NCBI GenBank assembly: GCA_039794845.1
Contig: JAUQVK010000085.1
Location: 1 to 43,990 of the forward strand
Reading direction: 5' to 3'
DNA: 43,990 bases
From: Thermostichus sp. DRC_bins_24
GTDB lineage: Bacteria; Cyanobacteriota; Cyanobacteriia; Thermostichales; Thermostichaceae
The position numbers and the translations under genes were made by a program. Numbering within the stretch: the first letter of the stretch is position 1; each line of letters begins with the position of its first letter. A model generated the notes under the pieces. It saw only the letters and a program-made list of their open reading frames with translations, was not told the DNA's origin and searched no databases. Positions 9,833 to 19,937 of the stretch are shown here, piece after piece.

Positions 9833-9967
9833 GGTTCCCTGGCGCAAAGGGGTACAGGTCGTCTGTGATTGGTGAGGGATCCCTGACGGATGGGGAAATG
9901 TCACAATAGCCACTGTAGAGGCCGATGGCACCCCAGGCGAATGGTTGCTCTTCTCTAAACTTGGGAG

Positions 9968-12370
9968 ATGGCTATGAACGAACTGCAGATCACTCAGTGG
10001 CTAGAACAGGCGCTGCAAAACCCACGCCTAAAACTCCAGGTGAAAGCTCAGCCCATTCGAGATGGCAACCCAAAGACCTACGCTCTGGTCGTTATGATCA
10101 ACCGCCCTGCCGATCTGGTTCTTGACTACGAGAGCCTAACGGCCTGGTTCCAAGCCACGGTCTCGACCCAGTATCCAGAGGTGAAAAGTTTAGCCCTCTA
10201 CAGTCGTCCCATAGGTCAACATGCTGCCGACTGGAAAACCCAGGTCAAGCTCCAACCGCCCCCTACACCGGATCCCGGGGCTACAAGGGTGGATCCCAAC
10301 GAACCCTTAGACCTGAGCCGTTACTGCTTTACCGGCAATCGCCTGCTGCTCACCACCGATTTGCCCGTGCCCCCTGACGCGCTCCGTCAGGCCATCGTCG
10401 CTTTTCACCGCCTGACAACCGAACAAAAGCGCGAGGTGTTGCCCCTGCTGCCCACCTTATTTGAGAACCCCAGTGCCGTATCTACGGTGATGTTGTCGGT
10501 GGATGCGGCCCTGTGGCTAGAACCCCTGAAAAGCCTCAATGAACACCAACGGCGTCTGTTGAGCATTTGGCTAAGTCGCTACTGCTTTAACCCGACGAGC
10601 ACCCTAACGGAACTGGAATCTGCACCGCCCACCCCCAACCGTATAACGGGACCGTTGAAACGCAGCGATCGCGCCCCTCAGATGGGGATCGCGCTCACCT
10701 TAGCCGGCTTTGCCGGTAACTTAACGGCGGCCTCAGCGGTGACGGTGGGCTTGTTGTTTGGGATGGTGTTTGTGCTCTCCTTGGCGATCATTGCCGGTTT
10801 GGAGGGGGGCTTTTCTTTTGCCCATCTCATCTTTGCCATTCTGATCACGATCGCCTTCAATGGACTGATTTTTTTCCTGTCACCTTTCTTGATGGATTTA
10901 ACCCAGCGCTGGCTCTACGGCACCGAATGGGTGAGCTTAGCTGAGATTAAACGCCGCAGCCCGGAAACCGTTGAGGTGATCGAGCGGGTTTGCCAGAAAC
11001 ACAAGCTGAAGGTGCCGAAGCTGGGGATCATCCGCGACCAAAACCCTACCGCCTTTACCTATGGCAGCCTGCCGGATACCGCCCGCATTGTTGTCAGTGA
11101 AGGGCTATTTACTTATTTAGAAGATGGGGAAGTGGCGACGGTGTACGCCCACGAGCTGGGGCACATCATCCACTGGGACTTTGCCGTCATGACCCTGGCC
11201 TCTACGCTGGTGCAGATCACCTATTTGATCTACACCTATGTGCACAATGTGCGGGGGGATAGCAAGGCGGCCAAAAACATCCGCTCCCTCGCCTTCATTG
11301 CCTACATCTTTTATGTGGTCGGATCTTATCTGTTGCTTTACCTCTCGCGGGTTCGAGAATACTTCGCCGATCACTTTGCCGCCGAAATCACGGGGAACCC
11401 CAATGCCCTGTCGCGGGCCTTGGTAAAAATTGCCTACGGCATCGTGGAAGAAGGGGAACGGGAACAGGATGAGGAAACCCGTCAGCGCAGTTCACGCCTC
11501 CTGGAAGGCACCCGTGCCCTGGGTATTTACGATGCCAAAGCCGCTACGACTGCAGGTACCGCCTATCGGGTTGCCGCGGATCCCGGACAGGTGGGCAAGG
11601 TGTTTTTGTGGGATCTGTTTAACCCTTGGGCTTGGTGGATGGAGTTGAACTCTACCCATCCCCTAACCGGCAAACGGGTACGCGCCTTGGGCACCTATGC
11701 CGAGCAACTGGATCTGCCGGTGGAGTTTGATATGGCAACGGTGGCTGCTCAGGGCAAACACCTGAACCGGCAACAGCTCTACGGGGGCTTTGCGCTGGAT
11801 GTGGTGTTGTTGAATGCCGTTTGGCTGGGGGCAATTTTGGGAGCACTATTGGGGATCCCAGCATTGTTTGCGGGTCACTTTGGCACTTTCGCGGGGCTGA
11901 TTGTGATGGGGGCCAGTGTGGGCTTGCTGCTGAAAATGACGGTGATGTATCCCAGTTTGAACAATCCGGCGGCGTTGAATGTGTTGAAGGCGATGAGCAA
12001 CCCCTATGCCAGCCCCTTGCGGGGGTTGCCGATGCAACTGGAAGGGCGGGTGATCGGTCGGGGTGATGCCGGCTATCGGTTTGGCTCCGATCTGAAGTTT
12101 CAGGATGAGTCGGGGATGATCTTCTTGCGCTATGCCTCTCGCTTCGGGCCTTTGGGCAATTTCCTGTTTGGGGCAAACAAGGCGCAGGGCTTAATAGGCC
12201 AAGAGGGATCCGCAGTGGGTTGGTTCCGGCGGGGGGTGGCCTCTTGGCTGGATCTGGCCCGCTTCCAGAACCGCCAAGGGCAAGTGGTGACCAGCCACCA
12301 TCCTTTCTGGCATTTGGTGTGGGGGATCATCGGGGTGGTGACGGCCCTGCTGTTGATGGTGCTGGTTTAG
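9968..12370 (+). CDS. htpX: M48-family zinc metalloprotease, long cyanobacterial HtpX type
   Basis: NPTAFTYG, AHELGH (HExxH), SRVREYFAD, NSTHP; multiple TM helices; ~240-aa N-terminal extension. Confidence 0.85.
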   Translation: MAMNELQITQWLEQALQNPRLKLQVKAQPIRDGNPKTYALVVMINRPADLVLDYESLTAWFQATVSTQYPEVKSLALYSRPIGQHAADWKTQVKLQPPPTPDPGATRVDPNEPLDLSRYCFTGNRLLLTTDLPVPPDALRQAIVAFHRLTTEQKREVLPLLPTLFENPSAVSTVMLSVDAALWLEPLKSLNEHQRRLLSIWLSRYCFNPTSTLTELESAPPTPNRITGPLKRSDRAPQMGIALTLAGFAGNLTAASAVTVGLLFGMVFVLSLAIIAGLEGGFSFAHLIFAILITIAFNGLIFFLSPFLMDLTQRWLYGTEWVSLAEIKRRSPETVEVIERVCQKHKLKVPKLGIIRDQNPTAFTYGSLPDTARIVVSEGLFTYLEDGEVATVYAHELGHIIHWDFAVMTLASTLVQITYLIYTYVHNVRGDSKAAKNIRSLAFIAYIFYVVGSYLLLYLSRVREYFADHFAAEITGNPNALSRALVKIAYGIVEEGEREQDEETRQRSSRLLEGTRALGIYDAKAATTAGTAYRVAADPGQVGKVFLWDLFNPWAWWMELNSTHPLTGKRVRALGTYAEQLDLPVEFDMATVAAQGKHLNRQQLYGGFALDVVLLNAVWLGAILGALLGIPALFAGHFGTFAGLIVMGASVGLLLKMTVMYPSLNNPAALNVLKAMSNPYASPLRGLPMQLEGRVIGRGDAGYRFGSDLKFQDESGMIFLRYASRFGPLGNFLFGANKAQGLIGQEGSAVGWFRRGVASWLDLARFQNRQGQVVTSHHPFWHLVWGIIGVVTALLLMVLV

Positions 12371-12459
12371 GAAATCTGAAATCTTCTGGGAAATCTTAAG
12401 AAGCCTCTCCCGTGAGGGACGGTAGGGTGTGCTTTCGGCCACCCTCTAGAGATAGGACT

Positions 12460-12891
12460 CTAGGATTGCTCCTGTAAAAAAGCCTGAATTTGCTCGACGA
12501 ACAACGGAAACAGCTCTAGGGCCAAAGGGATCGACCCGTAAACCAGGCTTGGATTGATGCCGTCGTATTCGTGTACCAGTCGGTTGCGCAGTCCGGTGGC
12601 AGGGGCCAGTTTTTGGGCTAACTCGGGAGTGAGCACGCCTCGGTTGCCCATAGCAATGAAGGCCTCGAAGTAGTTGCCCGGGGCAGGTTCTCCCAGCCGC
12701 ACCAGGATGTAGCTGTTGATATCCGTAGCTGCCTCCACCAGCAAATGCAGCAGCCGTTCGGTGATCAGCTGTTGCTCAAACTCCTTGAGGTAGGCTTCGA
12801 GACCCAAGTTCCCTTTAGCGGCCAGCAGTTCCAGGTAGCGCAAGATCGCTGCCAGCTTCTGTTCCAAAACCGCCCGCTCTATTTCACTCAT
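12460..12891 (-). CDS. HEPN/DUF86 ribonuclease toxin (HepT-like)
   Basis: RNRLVHEY matches RX4HXY; overlaps the upstream MNT gene. Confidence 0.9.
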   Translation of the reverse strand: MSEIERAVLEQKLAAILRYLELLAAKGNLGLEAYLKEFEQQLITERLLHLLVEAATDINSYILVRLGEPAPGNYFEAFIAMGNRGVLTPELAQKLAPATGLRNRLVHEYDGINPSLVYGSIPLALELFPLFVEQIQAFLQEQS

Positions 12892-13342
12892 GGGAGGGTC
12901 TTTCCCTCGTGGGCATAGACAGGGATCCCGGCCCTTGGTGACGGAGGCGTTCCAGTCCTCGGCGGATTGACTCTCCTTGCAGTTGCCGAAATTTGGCGGT
13001 ATCCAGGTATTGCTTCCAACTTTTCACCCGAAACCAGGCAAACAGTCCGGGCTCGGCCTCGTAGATCAGCTTGCCTTCGCTGGCAATGATCTGGGCCAAA
13101 AGTGGCGAACATCCCCAGAGATTAACAGCATCCAAGTCATCCGTCGGGATCCCCAAATACATAGCCAACTTCAGGGATAGATCCAATTCTTCCCAAGCCG
13201 ATACCGGCTGCCAAAACTGATAGGCCAAATCCCAATCGCTCTGGGTGGTGGCACATCCTCTAGCCCGGGATCCAAACAGCACCACCAGCTTCACATTCGG
13301 GAAGGTCTGGGCAAAGGCTTGTGGATCGGGTTGCTCGTTCAC
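12884..13342 (-). CDS. Minimal nucleotidyltransferase antitoxin (MntA-like)
   Basis: LFGSRARGCATTQSDWDL matches GSX10DXD. Confidence 0.9.
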   Translation of the reverse strand: MNEQPDPQAFAQTFPNVKLVVLFGSRARGCATTQSDWDLAYQFWQPVSAWEELDLSLKLAMYLGIPTDDLDAVNLWGCSPLLAQIIASEGKLIYEAEPGLFAWFRVKSWKQYLDTAKFRQLQGESIRRGLERLRHQGPGSLSMPTRERPSHE

Positions 13343-13396
13343 GGTTGATTGCAGATGGGCAGGGTGTGTGGGTGCTCCCCAGGCACACGGAACACC

Positions 13397-13849
13397 CTAG
13401 GCTTTTTGGGGTTGGCTGCCATTAACCCGCGCATAGTCATCGCTGAAGCGGACAATATCGTCTTCCCCTAGGTACTGCCCGTTTTGTACTTCGATGATCA
13501 CCAGGGGAATAACGCCGGGATTTTCCAGCCGGTGCTTGGTACAGGGGGGCACGTAGGTGGATTGGTTGGAGGTGATGAGCTTTTCTTCGTCTCCACAGGT
13601 CACTTTGGCGGTACCCGCGACAACGATCCAGTGCTCGCTGCGATGGTAATGCAATTGCAGACTGAGGCGATGCTTGGGCAACACCACAATTCGCTTGATT
13701 TTATAGCCAGGGCCCTCTTCTAGCACCGTAAAGCTACCCCAGGGCCGACTTTCGGTATTGCTCTCGATCAGTTGGGCCAAGGTCTCTGGAGCAAGGGTGA
13801 GGGGAAGTTTTTCCGGTTGGGCTAAATCTGGGTTATGGGTTTCCAGCAT
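13397..13849 (-). CDS. Mannose-6-phosphate isomerase type II, cupin domain
   Basis: RPWGSF, LSLQLHYHRSEHWIVV, HRLENPG, IEVQNGQYLGEDDIVR. Confidence 0.92.
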   Translation of the reverse strand: MLETHNPDLAQPEKLPLTLAPETLAQLIESNTESRPWGSFTVLEEGPGYKIKRIVVLPKHRLSLQLHYHRSEHWIVVAGTAKVTCGDEEKLITSNQSTYVPPCTKHRLENPGVIPLVIIEVQNGQYLGEDDIVRFSDDYARVNGSQPQKA

Positions 13850-13959
13850 TGGGGTGCCCTCCTTGAGCAGGTTTCTTCAGACTATCTCAGACAGCTCGGG
13901 ATCCCCAATAAGGGGGGTCGCAGGCAAGCACCCGGAGAGTCCTGTGGGATCATGAAAGG

Positions 13960-14376
13960 GTGTCTTGCTTTGGGATAAGGCTATTGTCCTCCATAAATTC
14001 ACCCCAGTCCGCCCCTTCCTATCCCGTTCACATTCACGACCGCCAACGGGATCAGCACTACTTAATCCAGGTGCCCGCCGATCAATACATTCTGGCCAGT
14101 GCCGAGGCCCAAGGGATCTCGCTGCCGTTTGCCTGCCGCAATGGGGCCTGCACTACCTGTGCGGTACGGGTGCGCCAGGGATCCCTTTATCAGCCAGAAG
14201 CCATGGGGATCTCTCGGGAATTGAAAGAGCAAGGGTATGGTCTGTTGTGCGTGGGCTATGCCCGCTCAGAGCTGTGGGTGGAAACCCAGGATGAGGATGA
14301 GGTGTATGAGCTGCAGTTTGGGCGCTACTTCGGCAAGGGACGGGTACGGCTTGGGATCCCGATTGAGGACGAATAA
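13960..14376 (+). CDS. 2Fe-2S ferredoxin, Fed2/FdC2 type
   Basis: CRNGACTTC...LLC and C-terminal extension QDEDEVYELQFGRYFG; exact start uncertain. Confidence 0.88.
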   Translation: MSCFGIRLLSSINSPQSAPSYPVHIHDRQRDQHYLIQVPADQYILASAEAQGISLPFACRNGACTTCAVRVRQGSLYQPEAMGISRELKEQGYGLLCVGYARSELWVETQDEDEVYELQFGRYFGKGRVRLGIPIEDE

Positions 14377-15650
14377 TGCCCTCTTCTCCGGCAACGATGG
14401 TTTCCAGGTTGTCTGAAGAAAGGTCACCCTTTGGGCGGGAGGGCTGGCCGTTGGCGGCGGCAGCGCTGATCCCGGTGAATGTGGCCCCCAGTTTGCTCTT
14501 GGTCTTGGTAGGAGCGGTGCGGGGGTACAGCCGCTGGGGTTGGGGGTTGTTTCGGGATCCCGTGGCTCGGCTGGCCGGGGGGTTGAGCCTGGTGGTGGTG
14601 GCGGTGGCGGCCCTGGGGCAAGATTGGCGGTTAAGCCTACCGGGGATGTTCAATTACTGGCCGTTTTTGTTGCTGTTGCCTCTGTTGGCTAGGGTTCTGG
14701 CCGATGCCCCTCCGCGGAGGCGATTGGCTCAGGTGGTGGTGGCGGGCAGTTGGCTAATGCTGCTCTTGGGTTGGGGCGAAGTGCTGTGGGGTTGGCGGGG
14801 GAATGTGTACTTGGGGCCACTGTGGATCACGGGGGTAGCCGGTGGGGAGCGGCCAGCAGCGGCGTTTACCTCTCCAAACATCTTGGCCATCTACCTGGTG
14901 ATCACCCTCTGTTTGGCAGCAGGACTGTGGCTGGATCAACCCAGAACCCAATGGAGAACCTGGCTGGGGGCAACCCTGGGCTTGGGATCCCTGTTGTTGC
15001 TGCTGACGGCCTCTCGCAACGGTTGGGGGGTGGGGGCTTTGGTTTTGCTACTCGGGTTGGGGCTGCGGCGCTGCTGGTGGGGCCTGGGGATCCTGTTGGG
15101 GATGGGCTTGGCCAGTCTTGCAGCGGCCTTGGATTGGCCCGGTTGGCGCACGGTGGTGCCCAGTTTGCTGTGGAGTCGTCTGGCGGATACGTTTGATCCA
15201 CAGGCCACCTATTTCAGCTCCACGGCCAATCGCCTCGATGCCTGGCACTTTGCCCTAAAGATGGTGGGCGAACGACCCCTGACGGGCTGGGGTTGGCAGA
15301 GCTTTGCCCCGCTTTACAATGCCCAAAATCCACCGGAGCTGCTGGGCCATTGCCACAATTTGTATCTTCATCTGGCGGCGGAGGGAGGGATCCCTTTGTT
15401 GCTGGGCTACCTGCTGCTGTGGGGGTGGATCCTCTGGCGGGGGTGGCGAGCTTGGGGGCAGCGGCAGGAGGGGGTATTGTTGGGGATCAACTTGGCCTTG
15501 ATCGCCTTTTTGGCCTCGGGGCTGTTGGATGTGGTGGTTTTGGATGGGCGGATTCATTTGCTGGTGACTTTGCTCATGGGGGGAGCCCTGGGATCCGGCT
15601 CGTCAGATCCATCCAGTCCCTCTAGGGAGGCTGAAAAACAGGCCGGGTGA
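14376..15650 (+). CDS. O-antigen ligase (Wzy_C) family membrane protein
   Basis: Polytopic; FTSPNILA, LTASRNGW, RPLTGWG, HCHNLYL; TAATG overlap with the ferredoxin gene. Confidence 0.85.
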   Translation: MPSSPATMVSRLSEERSPFGREGWPLAAAALIPVNVAPSLLLVLVGAVRGYSRWGWGLFRDPVARLAGGLSLVVVAVAALGQDWRLSLPGMFNYWPFLLLLPLLARVLADAPPRRRLAQVVVAGSWLMLLLGWGEVLWGWRGNVYLGPLWITGVAGGERPAAAFTSPNILAIYLVITLCLAAGLWLDQPRTQWRTWLGATLGLGSLLLLLTASRNGWGVGALVLLLGLGLRRCWWGLGILLGMGLASLAAALDWPGWRTVVPSLLWSRLADTFDPQATYFSSTANRLDAWHFALKMVGERPLTGWGWQSFAPLYNAQNPPELLGHCHNLYLHLAAEGGIPLLLGYLLLWGWILWRGWRAWGQRQEGVLLGINLALIAFLASGLLDVVVLDGRIHLLVTLLMGGALGSGSSDPSSPSREAEKQAG

Positions 15651-15745
15651 CCTACTCCCGACACCGATGCAAGCATACGACGCGGACTTCTCCCACGGCG
15701 ACGGCGCGAGTTTTACCTTTGGTTAGCCGATTCGAGCTTTCTATC
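15647..15745 (-). mobile_element. Probable IS200/IS605 right-end remnant
   Basis: Minus strand reads ...GAGAAGTCCGCGTCGTATGCTTGCATCGGTGTCGGGAGTAGGTCAC: subterminal hairpin ending in TCAC; shares GTGTCGGGAG with the IS end near 19540. Confidence 0.55.
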
Positions 15746-17341
15746 CTAAAGCTGGGCTGACAAAGAAGACCGGACAGCCCGCTCTTGGGCTAAAGTCTCT
15801 CGCCGCTGATCCAAATCTTGCGGAGAAATGCGCCCATAGGTGACGCTCATTTCTGCCAGTCGGTGGATGAGCTCCTCCTGCAACATCTCTTCGCTGTAGC
15901 GCCAAGCCCAGTTGTTTTCGGCAGTGCCGGGGAAGTTCATGCGGGAATCGGCCCCCAAACCCATCACATCCTGCAAAGGGATGATCGCCAGATCGGCAAC
16001 CGAGGAGAGGGCCAGCCGAATCAGATCCCAGTGGATGCCATCGGATCCCTGGCAACCCAGATAGCGCAGAAGATTTTGTTTTTCCCAATCGGAGCGCTCG
16101 GGGTCGTAAAACCAGCCGACGGCGGTGTTGTTGTCGTGGGTACCGGTATAGACGACAAAGTTGCGCTCGTAACCATGGGGTAAATAGGGGTTGTCTGGCC
16201 CGGAGCCGAAGGCAAACAGGAGAATTTTCATGCCGGGCAGGCCGAATTGATCTCGCAAGGCCAGCACCTCCGGCGTAATTTCCCCCAGATCTTCGGCGAT
16301 CACCGGAATATCCCCCAGCTTGTCCGCCAACACCCGAAAGAAATCGGCCCCCGGTCCCTTTCGCCACTCCCCTTCGACAGCCGTCTCTGCATCCCCTGGA
16401 ATGGCCCAGTAGCTCTCGAAACCCCGGAAGTGGTCGATACGCACACAGTCCACCTGGTTGAGGATGGCTCGTAGGCGTTTGATCCACCAGTCGTAGCCTT
16501 GGGCTTTCAGGGCCTCCCAATTGTAGAGGGGGTTGCCCCAGCGCTGCCCGGTGGCGCTGAAATAGTCGGGAGGCACCCCGGCCACCAACAACGGTTGCCC
16601 CTGCTCATCTAGGTGAAACAGCTCACGGTTGGCCCAGACGTCGGCACTGTTGGGGGCAACATAAATGGGCAGATCCCCGATCAACTGTACCTGATGTCGA
16701 TGGGCGTAGTCCCTCAGGGCTCCCCACTGTTGGGCAAACAGGTACTGCCAAAACATTTGCTCGGTAATGGCATCGGCATAACGGTCGCGGGCATCTTGCA
16801 AAGCCAAGGGCTCCCGCTGGACAAGGGCCGGATCCCATTGGGTCCACTCTTGCCCTTCATACACATCCTTAAGGGCCATAAACAGGGCGTAGTCTGGCAG
16901 CCAATCGGCTTCGGCAGCACAAAACGCTTGGAACCCCTCCCAATCTGCGGGGGTAGCTTCTTCGTTAAAGCGTCTCCAGGCACGATGCAGCAGGGCCAGC
17001 TTAAAAGGGATCACCGTTTCGTAATCCACCCGCCCGGCAAACCCCGATTGGATAGTGGGCCACTGGGGCAAATCCTGCCAACTGTCGGGTTCTAACCAGC
17101 CTGCTTCTACCAACAGCTCAGGGCTCAGCAGTAAGGGATTGCCCGCAATGGAAGAAAAGCTCATGTAGGGAGAGTTGCCCCATCCCGTCGGCCCCAAGGG
17201 GAGCACCTGCCAGAGGCGTTGACCGCTTTCCACCAAAAAATCCACAAAGCGATAGGCGGCTGGCCCCAGATCGCCAATGCCAAACGGTCCCGGTAGCGAG
17301 GTCGGGTGCAGGAGGATCCCACTGAGTCTGCCCATGTGCAT
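15746..17341 (-). CDS. malQ: 4-alpha-glucanotransferase (amylomaltase)
   Basis: GILLHPTSLP, WQVLPLGPT, GDLPIYV, GVPPDYFSATGQRWGNP, RIDHFRG, AEDLG, YTGTHDN. Confidence 0.96.
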   Translation of the reverse strand: MHMGRLSGILLHPTSLPGPFGIGDLGPAAYRFVDFLVESGQRLWQVLPLGPTGWGNSPYMSFSSIAGNPLLLSPELLVEAGWLEPDSWQDLPQWPTIQSGFAGRVDYETVIPFKLALLHRAWRRFNEEATPADWEGFQAFCAAEADWLPDYALFMALKDVYEGQEWTQWDPALVQREPLALQDARDRYADAITEQMFWQYLFAQQWGALRDYAHRHQVQLIGDLPIYVAPNSADVWANRELFHLDEQGQPLLVAGVPPDYFSATGQRWGNPLYNWEALKAQGYDWWIKRLRAILNQVDCVRIDHFRGFESYWAIPGDAETAVEGEWRKGPGADFFRVLADKLGDIPVIAEDLGEITPEVLALRDQFGLPGMKILLFAFGSGPDNPYLPHGYERNFVVYTGTHDNNTAVGWFYDPERSDWEKQNLLRYLGCQGSDGIHWDLIRLALSSVADLAIIPLQDVMGLGADSRMNFPGTAENNWAWRYSEEMLQEELIHRLAEMSVTYGRISPQDLDQRRETLAQERAVRSSLSAQL

Positions 17342-17604
17342 CGCTAAGCCTTTCCTTGCCCTAAGGTTGCTAAAGTGCTTCCATCGCCTATCCTGTCACC
17401 TTTGCAGCCATGAGTGTCAGGTGCAGCAAGTTAAAAACGAGCTTTTTGATTCGGAGCAGCAGCCCCCCGCTCTGGCATAGCTGTTAGCGTGAGCCTGCCG
17501 TTAGGCATAGGGTTGGGTAGTTTGCAGGACTCACCTGAGGCATAGTTAAAGGTGACAAGCCCCTCAACCCTCAAACTTCTCCATTTTTCCCAAGGGATCC
17601 CACC

Positions 17605-18030
17605 ATGAACCCCACAACCCAACATCAGTTAATGCTCAAAATAGTGGCTGGCTCCGCCTGGGCTGATGGGCACTTGGAACCTCAGGAATTGGCCTATTTG
17701 GGATCCCTGTTGCGCCGCTATGGGCTGGAGCACGATACGGAGCTGCGGGAACTGATGCAGGCACCGATCCCAACCGAGCAAACGGAACGCTGGATGGCGG
17801 ATTATCTCACTCAGGCCACCGAAACCGAACGGATGCAGCTCCTGGGGGCTATCGGCAACCTGTTGATCGCGGATGATACCGTTTCTCCAGAAGAGCACAG
17901 CCTTTTGGATGACTACCACACCCTGATGGCAGGGATCCCAGCCCGTCCAGAATCCGCGCCCAATTTGGTCAAGAGTGTCGGGCAATTTTTCCGACGCATG
18001 GCCAAGGCCGTAGGGGGGATAAACAACTGA
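17605..18030 (+). CDS. TerB-family protein
   Basis: AWADGHLEPQE and IADDTVSPEE repeats typical of TerB. Confidence 0.8.
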   Translation: MNPTTQHQLMLKIVAGSAWADGHLEPQELAYLGSLLRRYGLEHDTELRELMQAPIPTEQTERWMADYLTQATETERMQLLGAIGNLLIADDTVSPEEHSLLDDYHTLMAGIPARPESAPNLVKSVGQFFRRMAKAVGGINN

Positions 18031-18112
18031 CACCTTGGCAACTTGAGCTTACGGAGCAACAGGTGTTCTGAAATCCAAATCAATCTGGGGGAGACCTCCA
18101 ACCTTCAAGCCT

Positions 18113-18991
18113 TCAAGCATGGAAGGGAATTGCCAGCAAAGGCAACAGGGCCAACCCCAACCCGGCCCACCCCTGAATCGAGAAGCGTGGGGAAGGCTCG
18201 GCCAATTCCGTCGTCTCTTGCTGCAAAAGGGCATCAATACGTTCCCTCAGCCGTTGTCCAGACTCAACCTGTGCCTCGAGGGCAAAGCCAACCCACCCTG
18301 CTGCCGGTTGCTCCAGCACCCCGTAGCCCACCACCTGCAACAGGGCTTCCCCCAAAACCAAGGGATCCACCCGTTGAGCCGCCCAGCGATCCGCCCGCAA
18401 CTCCCGTAAGGTCAGCAGTTCCTGCCAGAGGGCATCCGTATTTGGCAGCCAGCAGGTAAGCCGCCGCAGCCAGCCCAATCCAAACATCCATAGAGTATCG
18501 CGGTAATGGCGATGAGCTTCTTCATGGGCCAGCACCGCCTGCAAATGTTCCCCATCCAACTGTTGCAATAGACCCCGACTGACCACCAGTCGGGGACGCC
18601 ATACCCCCACCTGCGCCGCAAAGGGGGCTTCCAGATCCAGCACATAGGCCAGGGATCCCTGTACCTCGATCTGGGCGAGGGCTTGCTGACAAGTTCGCCG
18701 ACAAGAGCGCCAATACTCCCAAGCCCAGTGCACCGCTACCCCGACTGCCAAAGCCAGCAGCAAGAGGGCACAGCCATAACAAAACCAACCGCCCCTGCCG
18801 GCCATTTGCCCCCATGGCCCCATCCATGCCAAAGCCAAAGCCGTCATCGTCAGGAACAAGGGAGGCAACAAAAAGTGGAGCCAAGCCCGCTGCCAACGCT
18901 GCGCCCACGCACCACCCGAATCAAGGCGGACTTGTGCTCGCCACAGCCAACTGAGGCCCAACCCCGACAGCAACATGGCCAAATGGATCAT
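18113..18991 (-). CDS. M56-family (BlaR1-like) membrane metallopeptidase
   Basis: AVLAHEEAH (HExxH), RELRAD, N-terminal TMs; ATG 18991 overlaps the repressor stop (ATGA). Confidence 0.85.
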   Translation of the reverse strand: MIHLAMLLSGLGLSWLWRAQVRLDSGGAWAQRWQRAWLHFLLPPLFLTMTALALAWMGPWGQMAGRGGWFCYGCALLLLALAVGVAVHWAWEYWRSCRRTCQQALAQIEVQGSLAYVLDLEAPFAAQVGVWRPRLVVSRGLLQQLDGEHLQAVLAHEEAHRHYRDTLWMFGLGWLRRLTCWLPNTDALWQELLTLRELRADRWAAQRVDPLVLGEALLQVVGYGVLEQPAAGWVGFALEAQVESGQRLRERIDALLQQETTELAEPSPRFSIQGWAGLGLALLPLLAIPFHA

Positions 18992-19422
18992 CGCGGATTC
19001 CTCCTGGCCTGACGGGCTGCCCGCAACCGCTCGGCAATCGCCTGTAACTGCGACACACTCGCTTGATCCAAGCTGTCGGCAAAAGCCGCTACCGTGTCCG
19101 GATCCCCCACCGCCAAAAACTGCTGCAACTGAGTAAAGGCCCGCAAACTGGTTGCCTCCTGCCGAGACAGACGGGGCCGCCACACCATCGGCAAACTGCG
19201 CCCATCTCCATTAACACGACGCTCGCAACTGACCCAACCCTTTTGGCTGAGACGCTGCAAAACCGTCGTCACAGAGGCATAGGCCAATTCACGATCCGGA
19301 TCCGCCAAAATCTGCTCGTGGATCTGCCGGGTGCTGGCACTGCCCAACTCCCACAGGATATTGAGAATTTCCGATTCTAGGGGGCCTAGCGAAAGTTGCT
19401 TGGGTCGATACTTCGGCAACAT
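18988..19422 (-). CDS. BlaI/MecI/CopY-family transcriptional repressor
   Basis: LGPLESEILNILW, LAYASVTTVLQRLSQKGWV. Confidence 0.9.
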   Translation of the reverse strand: MLPKYRPKQLSLGPLESEILNILWELGSASTRQIHEQILADPDRELAYASVTTVLQRLSQKGWVSCERRVNGDGRSLPMVWRPRLSRQEATSLRAFTQLQQFLAVGDPDTVAAFADSLDQASVSQLQAIAERLRAARQARRNPR

Positions 19423-19496
19423 GGACCTTTGCCAACAGGGATCCCTCATAGGATAGCGCGACCCGTGTGGAACCTTGGGGGGATGGCAGATCAGCT

Positions 19497-19937
19497 AGTG
19501 CAGCAGGAGCCCCGCACTCTCTCCGCAGGGGAGTGTCGGGAGGAATGCGTAGCAAAGCGTGCCGAAGGCTTATAGCCGGACAATAATCTATCGGGCATAG
19601 TGACAACCTCTTGCTGCTGGTGCTCCGCCCCCCGCGTAGCGGGGTGAAATAGAATAGGGCTATGAACCAAGTCCTGACTATCTCCTGTAAGCTCAAGGTC
19701 AATACCTCGCAAGCCACTAAACTGGATGCGACTCTGGAGGCGTTTGGGCAGGTGTTGAACTGGGTTAACCAGAACACACCGGAGAAGATAGTCAATGCGG
19801 TGAAACTGCAATCCCTTTGCTACTACGAGATTCGCGCTCGCTTTGGCCTGTCGAGCAACTTGGCTCAACAGGTTTGCAGACGAGTGGCCGGTTCTCGGAA
19901 GGTGGCCAAACAAAAGCATTGCCTGGTCAAAACGTTC
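19497..19937 (+). mobile_element. Truncated IS200/IS605-family element: left-end region plus first 92 codons of tnpB
   Basis: Hairpin CCCGCACTCTC-TCCGCA-GGGGAGTGTCGGG; ORF from 19662 [13 protein letters not shown]...[23 protein letters not shown] resembles a TnpB N-terminus; no RuvC or Zn finger; left boundary approximate. Confidence 0.75.

Noticed and set aside
18992..19183. N-terminal extension of the M56 peptidase
   Set aside because: Overlaps the BlaI gene; the ATGA coupling supports 18991
15647..19937. Composite transposon carrying malQ-terB-blaI
   Set aside because: The two IS ends are on opposite strands and point away from the enclosed genes
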